Of a stretch of DNA of 64,000 nucleotides, positions 13,014-25,464 are shown in pieces. The notes beneath the pieces are model-generated. The model saw only the letters and a list, made by a program, of their open reading frames with translations, did no database searches and had not been told where the DNA came from. Made by a program: the position numbers and the translations under genes. The first letter of the stretch is position 1. Each line of letters begins with the position of its first letter. The stretch is taken from assembly GCA_964016885.1 (NCBI GenBank), contig OZ024743.1, positions 291,400,001-291,464,000 on the forward strand. Direction: 5' to 3'. This DNA comes from Eledone cirrhosa. Its lineage: Eukaryota.

Positions 13014-13460
13014 TACCTCATTTTACTAGCCTCGAGAACGCGTCTATATGATGTGAGAAAGTATCCCAAAAGGCGGAGGGGGAGACAGTCACGTGATACA
13101 ACGGTCAAGAAACAGAGCTAAGCCCCTTATAACCCCGAAAAAAATATATATGTGTGTGCATGTGTGTATATATATATATTTTTGAAGGTGTTATTTGACG
13201 ATAACACCCCAGTGAGAAAGTTTGCTCCGAACGAATTGCGCGTGTTCGAAGGAACATGCAGCCGTAGAAACAGCCAGATCCATACAGTGACCATGTCTCG
13301 AGCTACCTGCCGACGAAACAATTGTAAGACGCAATAAGCTGAGAAAGATGCATCACTGATTTTTCCTTTTTTATACGATACACACAATTCTCTGTATGAA
13401 TATTGAGTGCTAATTTAGGCATACCGCCTATGGAAGCACCATAGCTACCATTATAGACAA

Positions 13461-13497
<37 letters not shown>

Positions 13498-13499
13498 AG

Positions 13500-14405
13500 A
13501 ACACATGTCGTTATGAGGCTTTTTACAAACGAACCATGAGCTGATCTATAGCGAAATGCCAGTCACTTGAACAACGTAATCCATGTGGCGTGAATAGGAC
13601 AATCAACAGCCAGAAATAGCAGCCGAGCCTATTCAACTGAATTATCTCAACAATCAAGGGGTCATATATTTATCCAAAATTAAAATTAAGGGTTGTCATG
13701 TCTCAGAGATATGCGCCATATCCACCGTAGAATAAGCTCAAACATTAGATCCGAGCATTACATATCAACTAGAAATAGATTGACATATATATATATATAT
13801 AAAATAAATACATGAATCAATCACAGGTAATAATTTGTAAAGAATGTAAGCACAGAAATGACAACCCTTAATTTTAATGTTGGATATATATACGGCCCCT
13901 TGATTGTTGAGATAATTCAGTTGCATAGGCTCGGCTGCTATTTCTGGCTGTCAATGGTCCTATTCACGCCACTGGGATGACGTTGTTCAACGTGTGTATT
14001 CTTTAAAAAATGCAACTCGTGGTTCGAATCATTCACAGATTTGCATTTGCCGTGTAAACACAAATGGTTATTTTCTTCTCCTTTGGTGAACATCCAAGAA
14101 TTTAACTGCTTTGATTTACGGATTAATAGGTGAAATATATTTTGTACTTAAAGAAATATATACAAAGGAGATTAATCATTTTAAAAGATATCTATATTTC
14201 AAGTTCTAGTCAAACTTTAATTAGTTACTTACCTAGGTATATGTGCTTACATTCTTTACACATTATTCCCTGTGATTGTTTCATGTATTTATTTTATATA
14301 TATATATATGTCAATCTATTTCTAATTGATATCTTTGAGGTTATTCTACGGTGGATATGGCCATGTCTCTCAGACATGACAACCCTTAAATTTAATTTTG
14401 GATAT
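13500..14405. repeat. Nested inverted repeats, likely a non-autonomous PLE-type element
   Basis: 13567-13700 is inverted with 13858-13990, and 13670-13854 is inverted with 14242-14405. An HHR-like remnant ATGAGCT..AGCGAAA lies at about 13536-13565. Confidence 0.65.
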
Positions 14406-14530
14406 ATGTATATATATACATATATATATATACATATACATATAGATATATACATATACAAATGCATATATACATATACATATAGATATATACATATACA
14501 AATACATATATATATACATATACGTATATG

Positions 14531-14578
<48 letters not shown>

Positions 14579-14579
14579 A

Positions 14580-14610
<31 letters not shown>

Positions 14611-14852
14611 TATATATACATATATATATTTATATACATATATATATACATATATATACATATATATATATATACATATATATATATACATATATATAGA
14701 TGAAATCTTCAGGAAGCTGGGTGTCATATTAAGTTCTGTGTATGTATGCGTGTTTGCTTGTAAATGTGTATGTGTGTGTATGTATATATGTATATATATA
14801 TATGTATATATGTATATATATATATATATGTGTGTGTATGGGTATATATATA

Positions 14853-14893
<41 letters not shown>

Positions 14894-15135
14894 TTTTATG
14901 TGTATGTGTGTGTGTGTATATATGTATATATATGTGTGAATGTATGTGTTTGTGTGTGTGTGTATGTATGTGTATATATATATATATATATGTATGTGTA
15001 TGTGTATGCGTGTGTGTGTGTATATTTGTGTGTTTGGGTTTTCCTTGTGTATATATGTATATGTGTGTGTGTATGTATGTGTGTGTGTGTGTATGTATGT
15101 GTGTGTGTGTATGTATATACGCAAACATATATATA

Positions 15136-15206
<71 letters not shown>

Positions 15207-15233
15207 GTATATGTGTGTGAATGTGTAGGTGTG

Positions 15234-15291
<58 letters not shown>

Positions 15292-15360
15292 TATATATGT
15301 CTGTGTAAGTGTTTAAATATGTGTGTGTATATATATGTGTGTGTAAGTGTTTTTGTATGT
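14405..15360. repeat. Long degenerate (TA)n/(TG)n/(TACA)n microsatellite
   Basis: Direct reading. It contains a ~40-bp inverted fragment (14697-14738) of the 15813-15853 sequence. Confidence 0.95.
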
Positions 15361-15832
15361 GGTTGTGAGTATGTAAATATATTTTATTCTTTCCATCCTA
15401 CAAAAACACTCTGGCCACCTGTGGTTTGTATGTTAACTTGACCACTCACCCCAGTCTGTGCCATGATTCGGTCTTGTTAAACGTTTAATTTCTATTACCA
15501 ACCCACCTAAATTTCCCTACTATATATCTGTTGAATTACTATTCTTGGGGTTTTTATTTATTTATTTTTTTTATTTTTTATTTATTTTTTTTTTTTTATT
15601 TATTTATTTATTTATTTATTTATCTATTTATTCATTTATTTATTTATTTACTTAATTATTTATTTCAAAAAAGCACTCTGGCTAATTGACCACTCCCCCA
15701 AGAAAAAACAGCCTGTGCCATGAAGTGGTCCTGTGTATCTAAATACCATCCCACCCCAAACCTCCCCCCCTTCCACCACCCCTCCATTACCACTACCTAA
15801 ATGTATAAATACCAGAACTTAATATGACACCC

Positions 15833-15883
15833 AGCTTCCTGAAGATTTCATCTGAATGAAACAGTACTAGTCCTGTAGAAGCT
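15833..15883 (+). ncRNA. Type-I hammerhead ribozyme candidate in a PLE-type terminal repeat
   Basis: AGCTTC-CTGAAGA-TTTCATCTGAAT-GAAA-CAGTACTAGTCCTG-TA-GAAGCT. 6-bp stem I and near-palindromic stem III. Confidence 0.75.
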
Positions 15884-15977
15884 CCTTCTATAAAATAATA
15901 AAATAAAAAAAATTTACTCTGCCATGTATTGAGTACCTTACTTACTGTGGTTATCCCCGACTCAACCCGGGACCTAC

Positions 15978-16009
<32 letters not shown>

Positions 16010-16015
<6 letters not shown>

Positions 16016-16596
16016 GTAAACGGAATAGAAAATGCTGACAAATTGTTCACAGTTGAAAAATGGTTTAATTAGGAATAAAAGAGTATTAGTAATTGTATGG
16101 GTTAGTATTCAGTTGTGGTTTTAAGTTTTTAAGTTTTTACCGGTTGCGCATTTCTAAATGCTTTTCAAAAATGTTGAGATAGAGTGTCCGTGTTGTTTGC
16201 TCTGATCTGATTAGTTTTGGGAATTCTACCTGTTTTTATGTTAAAAAAGTGGATCCAGCGCTACTTTGGTGTTGCAAAAATTATTGTGGTCAAAACAATT
16301 TTGATTGGTCGGTAGAGGTCATGTGAATGTAAAAAATTGATTTTGCGCCAAGACTCTTTTTATGTTAAAAAAGTGGCTCCAGCGCTACTTGGTGTTGCAA
16401 AAATTATTGTGGTCAAAACAATTTTGATTGGTCGATGGAGGTCATGTGAATAAAAAAATGATTTTGCGCCAAGACTGAGAAATGACTCTTTCACAACAAA
16501 TGTGTGTGTGTGTGTGTGTGTGTGTGTGAAGTAGTAGTAAAGTGTTCGATGTTGTGATAATGGTTAGCAGGGACGGTGTCAAATGGCTATTAAGTT

Positions 16597-16687
<91 letters not shown>

Positions 16688-17345
16688 TGTGTTTGGAGTG
16701 TCTGAGTTCCTGGATGTTACTTTTAGGGCACGTTGGAATCCATTGTTGATTAGGTAGTTTCTGCTAAGTGTGTTCTTTTATTCTTCTAGTCATGTGTAGC
16801 ATGTGTTTTTATCTGAAAATATTGTGCAGTTCCTTCTGGCTGGGTTATAAGGAATTGCCATTTTGATATGGTGAGTGTGGCAGGAGTTAAATGGAAGATA
16901 TTGTTTGGAGTCTGTGGGTTTGTAGTATATGTCTGTTTCAATGTTGTTGTTTGTTTTCTTGATGAGGATGTCGAGGGAAGTGAGTTGTTCATGGCTGTAA
17001 TCCATTGTAAATTGTAAGTTTGTGTTGAGTCCATTTAGAAGGGTTTTAAACTCAATCAGTCTTTCTATACTTTCATGCCAGAGGATAAAGCAGTCGTCCA
17101 GATATCTCTTCCAGTTTTTTCTATGTGTAGATAGAAGTGGTTACCGTATTTGTCTAGAGCTTTGCGGTAGAGGGTGGTTTCCAAATACCCCATAACAAGA
17201 TTGACGTATGAGGAGGCTACTTTCGTGGCTATGGCAGTCCCAGATTTCTGCCTGTAGTATTTGGCATCGAATTCGAAGAAGTTCTTTTCCAAGATGAATT
17301 TGAGTCCCTCCAACACAAATTCTTTAGGGATGCGCTGTGGAAGTT
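16010..17345 (-). mobile_element. Degenerate Penelope-like element RT fragment
   Basis: LKFILEKNFFEFDAKYYRQKSGTAIATKVASSYVNLVMGYLE and LDILIKKTNNNIETDIYYKPTDSKQYLPFNSCH. Interrupted by (GT)n and a ~120-bp tandem duplication (16235-16476). Confidence 0.85.
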
Positions 17346-17430
17346 CATATATATAGTAGAACACGTGGCGTTACGAGGCTGTTTAAAAACGAATCGAATA
17401 ATATTAATATAACTATTATTATTCCCCTAC

Positions 17431-17508
<78 letters not shown>

Positions 17509-18489
17509 GTGTGTGTGTGTGTGCGTTGTGTGTGTTTGCATATGTGTGTGTGTGCGTTGTGTGTGTTTGCGTATGTGTGTGTCTGTGATTATCACAACAA
17601 AGGTCAGACGAGCGTTTGCTTCCAAAGTCGGGCTAGATGGATACAGATCGATACAGATCGAAACTTGAGCTGATCAATAGCGAAACGCCCGTAATAAGCG
17701 TAATGAACATGTTTTATTATATATATATATATAGTTTGATGAAATCACACCACCAAGAAATGCTTTGTGCCTCCTCAATGGCACATACTGACATACGCAA
17801 TGGTAACTGAAACAAATTCCAGAAACTGAATATACTCATATAAAAATAGTATTCTCGTGGTAATAAATATAATTGTTACAATTAACATTAACCAATTGAT
17901 AAATCAAATAATATATATAAGTTACGTATCATTATATTCCTTTTATACATATCGCTAAGTGCTACACATATGGTCTCCCCTCGTATATTAATTGTGCCGT
18001 AAGTTGCAAACACATTCTTGTATTTTTCGCCGTATATGATTTCGTAAAGCAATAGTTGGCTCATTAGAAATATATAACCTTTAAAGTTAATTTCCACTAT
18101 GGTTTGTATATAGTACGAAAATCAAAATGAAACTCCATTTTTTAATCCCGTCTCTCAATTTCATTTATTTCGTAAGAATGACATTTTCGAAATATTATTT
18201 AACATATGAGAATATTTCTTTTATTCTGAAATGTCATTTTTACTTCTATGGTTTGAAAAGTTTGTTATGAGTAATATGAAGTCCAATTTTATTAAATGAA
18301 CAACGAAGATGTATTTTCAACAAACGAACTGATTATCTAAATAAATGTTAAGATACCTCTTTGTTACACTTCAGTAAGCATATTTATAAACTACATTTGA
18401 TTTCAAATTAATATAGCATATGTCGTGTGCAAATTGGTATTATACGCAAATATATATATGTAAATAGAAAAGTAAAGTAAATCGACAAT

Positions 18490-18895
18490 AGATTCTTCGT
18501 CTTCTGAGAGGGTCGTGGGGGCAGAGTCCTTCTCAAACAGTCCTTCCAGAGAGTCAGAAGCAAACATCTCTCAACTGATCCAGCTGGATCCCAAAGCGAG
18601 ACCAGCCAAGCTCATGGATGTTATGCAACTATCTTGCTTATGGTCAAGCTCTAGGTCCCTTGCCGTTTGGTTTTGCCTGTAAAATATGTCCAGTGATTCT
18701 TCACTGAGACAATATCAGAGTTGTGATCTCTCAACTCGGAGAAGTAGCGGCTCTACCAGGGGTGACTCTGGTCTCTGAGCTATGCACTTTATCGAGTAAC
18801 GTTAGTCCAAAGACTCTTCGGACGGATCCCATTTCTGCTTCTTTTATTTGCAATTGAATTCTTTTAGTCATTACTCAAGATTCATGATCCTCGGT
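18490..18895 (-). mobile_element. RTE LINE 3' fragment
   Basis: Similar to 8485-8860 (GAGGGTCGTRGGGRCAGAGTCC..., GCTCATGGATGTTAT). Minus strand reads AEMGSVRRVFGLTLLDKVHS. Confidence 0.65.
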
Positions 18896-19625
18896 AAGTG
18901 TTGGCAGGAATGCCAGGAAGACAGCGAGTTTAGCCTTTACACCTACCCACTTCTTCTGATTGTTGATGCTGGCGTATTACTGTCAGCTAACACATTATCC
19001 AGCCTGCGGCGTTCGAGACATTTGTGGGGTCGGGCGATTGACAGAGAAGTTCTTATCTTCACTGGTGGCTCGCCAAACAAAGGTAACTGGTGATACTCGT
19101 GAAGGCACTTGGTTGTTCAAGCACCTCAGCTTCGCCATCACCGCAGGTAACGATGCGAGCGTGCTGGCTTGCCTAAAAAATTATTAGAGAGGTTTCCCAG
19201 TTATCCTCGCTATATTATTATCTTTTGCTCTGGTAGAGTCTCCTTTGTCCACTCCTCTCGCCTGCCTTTTTTTGATGTGTTCTAAGATGTGGGTATTACG
19301 TGCTTGTGTATTTTTTCTCTTTCTTTTTTTCCTTTCTTTTTCCATTGTATATATTATTAGTGTTTTCGTTCTGTACCCTTTATATTAAGTTTTATATAGA
19401 TGCGTTTAAAAAAAGGAGTTTAACTGTATTGTTAATAAATAAATAAAACATTATACTCGTATTAATACCCATTTCCAATTCACCGAACGCTACTTTCGTC
19501 ACTGTATGGGAGTATTTGTGTAAATATATATGCGTGAATGTATGTGAATTTGTGTGAATGTATGTCTGTGAGCATTTATTTTTATAAGTTTGTGTTTGCG
19601 CGATTATAGTTACAATATATATATA

Positions 19626-22029
19626 TATTGTTATACTTTGGGAGGGTCATGTTGCCAATACGAAACACACGCACCATGCTTTCACTTCAATTTATTATAT
19701 ATTTATAAATTTATAAATTTATAAATTTCTGGTTGGTTGGTTGGTTCCACAGCCAGATAGTTGTTTATATATAGTCATAGTTCGTTCGTCACACACTATG
19801 TGACCTCTTCAGTGACTGGGGATTACTTTCTTTGTTTCTGTGCCTCTCCTTTGTTCTGTCCTACGCCATTTTGTTTCTGTGTGTGTGTTGTGTGCTCAGT
19901 CTGCGCATGCGCCACATCCGGGTGTCTGTGTGTGTTTATGTTCATTTATTTATTTGTTTATTTACATGTTACTGGTTGGTTGTTTGTTCTATGTGTGTGT
20001 GTGTTTTCATTTTGTCCTTATTTGTAAGTTGTGATGTTGCTGTTCCACTCATATTTTCTATTTAATTTTGGTTGTAATTCTTTTATGTTTATTGCCTCTG
20101 TAATTTGTCTAAACATTGCGTCTTTTCTGTGTGTAGATTCTATTTTTATTTCTATGTTCTCTAATTTACCCTTGTGTTCTATCTTAGCATGTTGGTAGAG
20201 TACAGATGATTCTTTATTATCTTGAAGGTCTCGCCAGTGTTCATTTATCCGTTTCCCTACACTACGAGCTGTCTCACCTATGTACACTATATTTTTGTCT
20301 CTACATTGTCCTTCAGTACATCTTATGCTATACACTATATTTCTAGTTTTACAGTTAATATGGGGACTTATTTTACAGGTTATACATTTCTTATCTATAC
20401 ATGAGGGTCTTTGAAAAGGGTATGTCTTGCTAATAAGTGTTTTTTACGGAGGTACCTGGTCTTTCTACTATCTTAATATTGAGTTTATGTTTATTTAGGG
20501 CCCTTCTAAATGTGTAAGCTAATTCACCTCTAGGGGTTGTATTGATGAATATTACACTCTGGTATTTATTGCTATCATACCATGAGTTTATTCTATTAGC
20601 CTTGTTCCTAGATCTTTCTATTCTATTCCAAAATTTGCTCCTATACAAGGGGCAGGTCCCATTTATGTCATTATTTACCATTTTTTCCCATTTGGTTCTG
20701 GCTCCTCTATACTCTCTGATTTTATCTCTCTGATTGTAGCCAGAGAACTGCATACGGTGGATGAAGTGTTGTATGTGTCTCTCTAGTTCTTCGGGGTTGC
20801 ACATGCGGGACACATTTCTCATCACCCGTACCAAATCCGCAATCAGTATGTTGATTTTGGTATGGTCCGAAATGGCCGAGTTTCGGTGGATCAGATGTTT
20901 GGAACTCATGGGTTTGGCATAATGGGAATGGAGGATTTGTTTTTTGTTGTTAATGGTATCTAACCAGAGCTCTGTGTCTAGTACAGGTAATCGATGGTTG
21001 GGGTGTTTACTTGGGTAGTCTATAGTAACTCTAATGCTCTGGTGGATGGAGTTTGCTATTTGCTGGATGCATTCCATTGTGTTTTTCTCTAGTTCCTGAC
21101 TGTTCTCTAGTGGGGGTGTCTTAACTACGATGTTTATATCATCTACGTAGCGGGAGTACATTATCAGGGTTAAGTGGTCTTCTAATTGTTCTTTAAGTTT
21201 AAGCTTAAGTCTACTGTCCCACCATACCATGAATAAGTTAGCTATGTCGCCTGCAATGCTAACACCAATGGCTGCTCCTTCCTCTTGGGCATATGTTTTT
21301 CCATTAAATTTGAACATATGTTCCTTAAGGGTTAGTTTTATGCTGGCCCCTACCGCATGTGCAATCATTTTCTTCAGTTCATCGTGGTTTTCGGGTGTCC
21401 GTATGGCTCTGGTTCACCCGTTCCATCTATCTGTGTGGGTTTTCTTGGCCATTGAGGTAATGGTAGGTGGTCTGCCTCTTGCTGGTCCTGTAGGGCACAG
21501 GTTGATAAGGTCATATGTGTCTAGGTAACTATTACTATAGGTAAGCTTAAGTAGGAGTCCCAGCTCACTGGTATCAATCCCACGGAACTCAACCTTGCTC
21601 TCACTGATCATTTCTACGCATTTCTCCACAGCAAAATCCACGTCAATAGATGGATATAGGGACACAACATCCATACTGCCTATTATGCAGTTTGTTAGGT
21701 CCCCAGATCGGTTACACACGCGGATTCTGCTGAGGAGGTCCTCCGTGCTGTCACATACATCTGGGGACATTTCAATGATGGGGCGTATGATCAGGGAGCG
21801 GAAGTAGGACAGTCTGTAGTTACTAGCAATGTTAGCCCCACAGACTGGCCGTGTTGGTGGTCCCGCGACAGGGTCACAGCCCGTTTTATGGTATTTTCGA
21901 AGCCCATACAACGCCGGCACGTCATTGTTCCAGGCCTGGAAGTTGTTGGCAGTCCTTTTGTTGGGCTGCATTATATTCGTCCACATCACCATATGGGCAT
22001 TGAGGGCTTTTTCTCTATCCTCATGCTCC
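19626..22029 (-). mobile_element. Penelope-like element (Neptune-like), 5'-truncated inverted copy
   Basis: RT motifs GSMDVVSLYPSI, GAAIGVSIAG, YSRYVDDI. GIY-YIG endonuclease VYSIRC..VYIGETARS..EH..QH..EH (20018-20335). HHR-bearing terminal repeat. Reverse complement of 22952-25358. Confidence 0.95.
19773..19819 (-). ncRNA. Minimal type-I hammerhead ribozyme (PLE pLTR), GAAA changed to GAAC
   Basis: Minus: AGTCA-CTGAAGA-GGTCACATAGTGTGTGAC-GAAC-GAAC-TA-TGACT. Confidence 0.7.
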
Positions 22030-22766
22030 GCACACACTTATACAACACACATCCCAACAACAACAGACACACAGACACAAACAACAATAACAACAACACA
22101 CACATCAACAACAACAACGATAACAACATACCCAGAAACAACAACAACAGCCACACAGACACAAACAACAATAACAACACACACAACAACAATAACACAC
22201 ACGGAGACAACAACAACAGACATCAACAACAGCACACATCAACAAAAACAATACACACGCATTCAATGCCTCTCACCACGACCACAATCTTAACAAACAC
22301 ACAGACACAGAAAACAAGTAATGACAGTAGCACAGAAATAACAGAAATAAGGGAAAGTAATAGGATTAAAAGGAGAAGGGAGACTAAGGACAAAGAGAAT
22401 AACCAAGACGAACACACAGACACACACAATAGGGTACATAACAACAATGAGCCAGTGGAAAGAGACATGAGTAATTATGAGATACATAGAAACAACCATG
22501 AGGCTGTTGGTGGAAATAGAAATAGAAACAATACAACTAACAATAACAATAGCACTAGTACACATAAAGCAGCAGCCTGGAACTCTACGTTTTATAATCC
22601 CTCCGATAAATCATTCGACCTGCGACGAGTCCACGCCACGACTTTACCATTTAACAAACGCACGCAATTGCCGTCGCAGGTCGATTAACAAACAGAAGCA
22701 CAATTTAGTATAGCTAGATCCGAACTTAGAAATATTATAGAACAGTATAGCAAGAAGCATAATAGA

Positions 22767-24461
22767 ATGGAGGCCCAGCAACTGGGAGAAAAATCTGCAA
22801 ATGGCTTGCGTAAGCTCATGCAGTGCTCACGTAATGGAGAGATAGCATGCTTTCCAACAGATAAGTCTGGCAGAATGTCGGTTGACGGCCTGCCAAACTA
22901 CATCCAGGCAATGCAACCCCACATCACTAACACAAGAGAGGTAACACCACAGGAGCATGAGGATAGAGAAAAAGCCCTCAATGCCCATATGGTGATGTGG
23001 ACGAATATAATGCAGCCCAACAAAAGGACTGCCAACAACTTCCAGGCCTGGAACAATGACGTGCCGGCGTTGTATGGGCTTCGAAAAGACCATAAAACGG
23101 GCTGTGACCCTGTCGCGGGACCACCAACACGGCCAGTCTGTGGGGCTAACATTGCTAGTAACTACAGACTGTCCTACTTCCTCTCCCTGATCATACGCCC
23201 ATTCATTGAAATGTCCCCAGATGTATGTGGCAGCACGGAGGACCTCCTCGGCAGAATCCGCGTGAGTAACCGATCTGGGGACCTAACAAACTGCATAAAA
23301 GGCAGTATGGATGTTGTGTCCCTGTATCCATCTATTGACGTGGATTTTGCTGTGGAGAAATGCGTAGAAATGATCAGTGAGAGCAAGGTTGAGTTCCGTG
23401 GGATTGATACCAGTGAGCTGGGACTCCTACTTAAGCTTACCTATAGTAATAGTTACCTAGACACATATGACCTTAGCAACCTGTGCCCTACAAGACCAGC
23501 AAGAGGCAAACCACCTACCATTACCTCAATGGCCAAGAAAACCCACACAGATAGATGGAACGGGTGGACCAGAGCCATACGGACACCCGAAAACCACGAT
23601 GAACTTAAGAAAATGATTGCACATGCGGTAGGGGCCAGCATAAAACTAAACCTTAAGGAACATATGTTCAAATTTAATGGAAAAACATATGCCCAAGAGG
23701 AAGGAGCAGCCATTGGTGTTAGCATTGCAGGCGACATAGCTAACTTATTCATGGTATGGTGGGACAGTAGACTTAAGCTTAAACTTAAAGAACAATTAGA
23801 AGACCACTTAACCCTGATAATGTACTCCCGCTACGTAGATGATATAAACATCGTAGTTAAGACACCCCCACTAGAGAACAGTCAGGAACTAGAGAAAAAC
23901 ACAATGGAAAGCATCCAGCAAATAGCAAACTCCATCCACCAGAGCATTAGAGTTACTATAGACTACCCAAGTAAACACCCCAACCATCGATTACCTGTAC
24001 TAGACACAGAGCTCTGGTTAGATACCATTAACAACAAAAAACAAATCCTCCATTCCCATTATGCCAAACCCATGAGTTCCAAACATCTGATCCACCGAAA
24101 CTCGGCCATTTCGGACCATACCAAAATCAACATACTGATTGCGGATTTGGTACGGGTGATGAGAAATGTGTCCCGCATGTGCAACCCCGAAGAACTAGAG
24201 AGACACATACAACACTTCATCCACCGTATGCAGTTCTCTGGCTACAATCAGAGAGATAGAATCAGAGAGTATAGAGGAGCCAGAACCAAATGGGAAAAAA
24301 TGGTAAATAATGACATAAATGGGACCTGCCCCTTGTATAGGGGCAAATTTTGGAATATAATAGAAAGAACTAGGAACAAGGCTAATAGAATAAACTCATG
24401 GTATGATAGCAATAAATACCAGAGTGTAATATTCATCAATACAACCCTAGAGGTGAATTAG
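22767..24461 (+). pseudogene. PLE reverse transcriptase (disrupted RT/GIY-YIG polyprotein)
   Basis: TDKSG, LYGLRKDHK, TRPVCG, SMDVVSLYPSI, YSRYVDDI, LPVLD, YAKPMSS. A 1-bp deletion at about 24447 relative to the left arm truncates it. Confidence 0.9.
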
Positions 24462-25160
24462 CTTACAAATTTAGAAGGGCCCTAAATAAACATAATCTCA
24501 ATATTAAGATAGTAGAAAGACCAGGTACCTCCGTAAAAAACACTTATTAGCAAGACATACCCTTTTCAAAGACCCTCATGTATAGATAAGAAATATATAA
24601 CCTGTAAAATAAGTCCCCATATTAACTGTAAAACTAGAAATGTAGTGTATAGCATAAGATGTACTGAAGGACAATGTAGAGACAAAAATATAGTGTACAT
24701 AGGTGAGACAGCTCGTAGTGTAGGGGAACGGATAAATGAACACTGGCGAGACCTTCAATATAATAAAGAATCATCTGTACTCTAACTACATGCTAAGATA
24801 GAACACAAGGGTAAATTAGAGAACGTAGAAATAAAAATAGAATCTACACACAGAAAAGACGCAATGTTTAGACAAACTACAGAGGCAATAAACATAAAAG
24901 AATTACAACCAAAATTAAATATAAAATATGAGTGGAACAGCAACATCACAACTTACAATTAAGGACAAAATGAAAACACACACACACATAGAACAAACAA
25001 CCAACCAGTAACATGTAAATAAACAAATAAATATATGAACATAAACACACACAGACACCCGGATGTGGCGCATGCGCAGACTGAGCACACAACACACAAA
25101 CAGAAACAAAATGGCGTAGGACAGAACAAAGGAGAGGCACAGAAACAAAGAAAGGAATAC

Positions 25161-25207
25161 CCAGTCACTGAAGAGATCACAGAGTGTGTGACGAAAGAAC
25201 TATGACT
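25161..25207 (+). ncRNA. Minimal type-I hammerhead ribozyme (PLE pLTR)
   Basis: AGTCA-CTGAAGA-GATCACAGAGTGTGTGAC-GAAA-GAAC-TA-TGACT. Confidence 0.8.
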
Positions 25208-25424
25208 ATATATAAACAACTATCTGGTTGTGGAACCAAGCAAGCAGAAATTTATAAATTTATAACTTTATTATAAATTTATTATAATAAATTGAAGTGA
25301 AAGCAACTGGTGCGTGTGTTTCTTATTGGCAACATGACCCTCCCACAGTATAACAATACCGGTTTCAACACACGATTTCAGATAAAGAATCTTGCTAAAC
25401 AAATTCACATACGAAATATATCTA

Positions 25425-25464
<40 letters not shown>

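Larger units (their letters stand above)
22030..25358 (+). mobile_element. Penelope-like element (Neptune-like), longer copy
   Basis: Asn/Thr/His-rich N-terminus, in-frame TAA at 22686, RT ORF 22767..24461, GIY-YIG remnant at about 24560-24950, terminal repeat with HHR. Confidence 0.95.

Noticed and set aside
14130-15441. Many long YI/CV/HT ORFs (also at 6.7, 11.3, 28.4, 35.7 and 53.3 kb)
   Set aside because: Translations of stop-free dinucleotide microsatellites
21888-22688. 266-aa Asn-rich ORF as an independent gene
   Set aside because: Chimera of the antisense left PLE arm and the low-complexity N-terminus of the right PLE ORF
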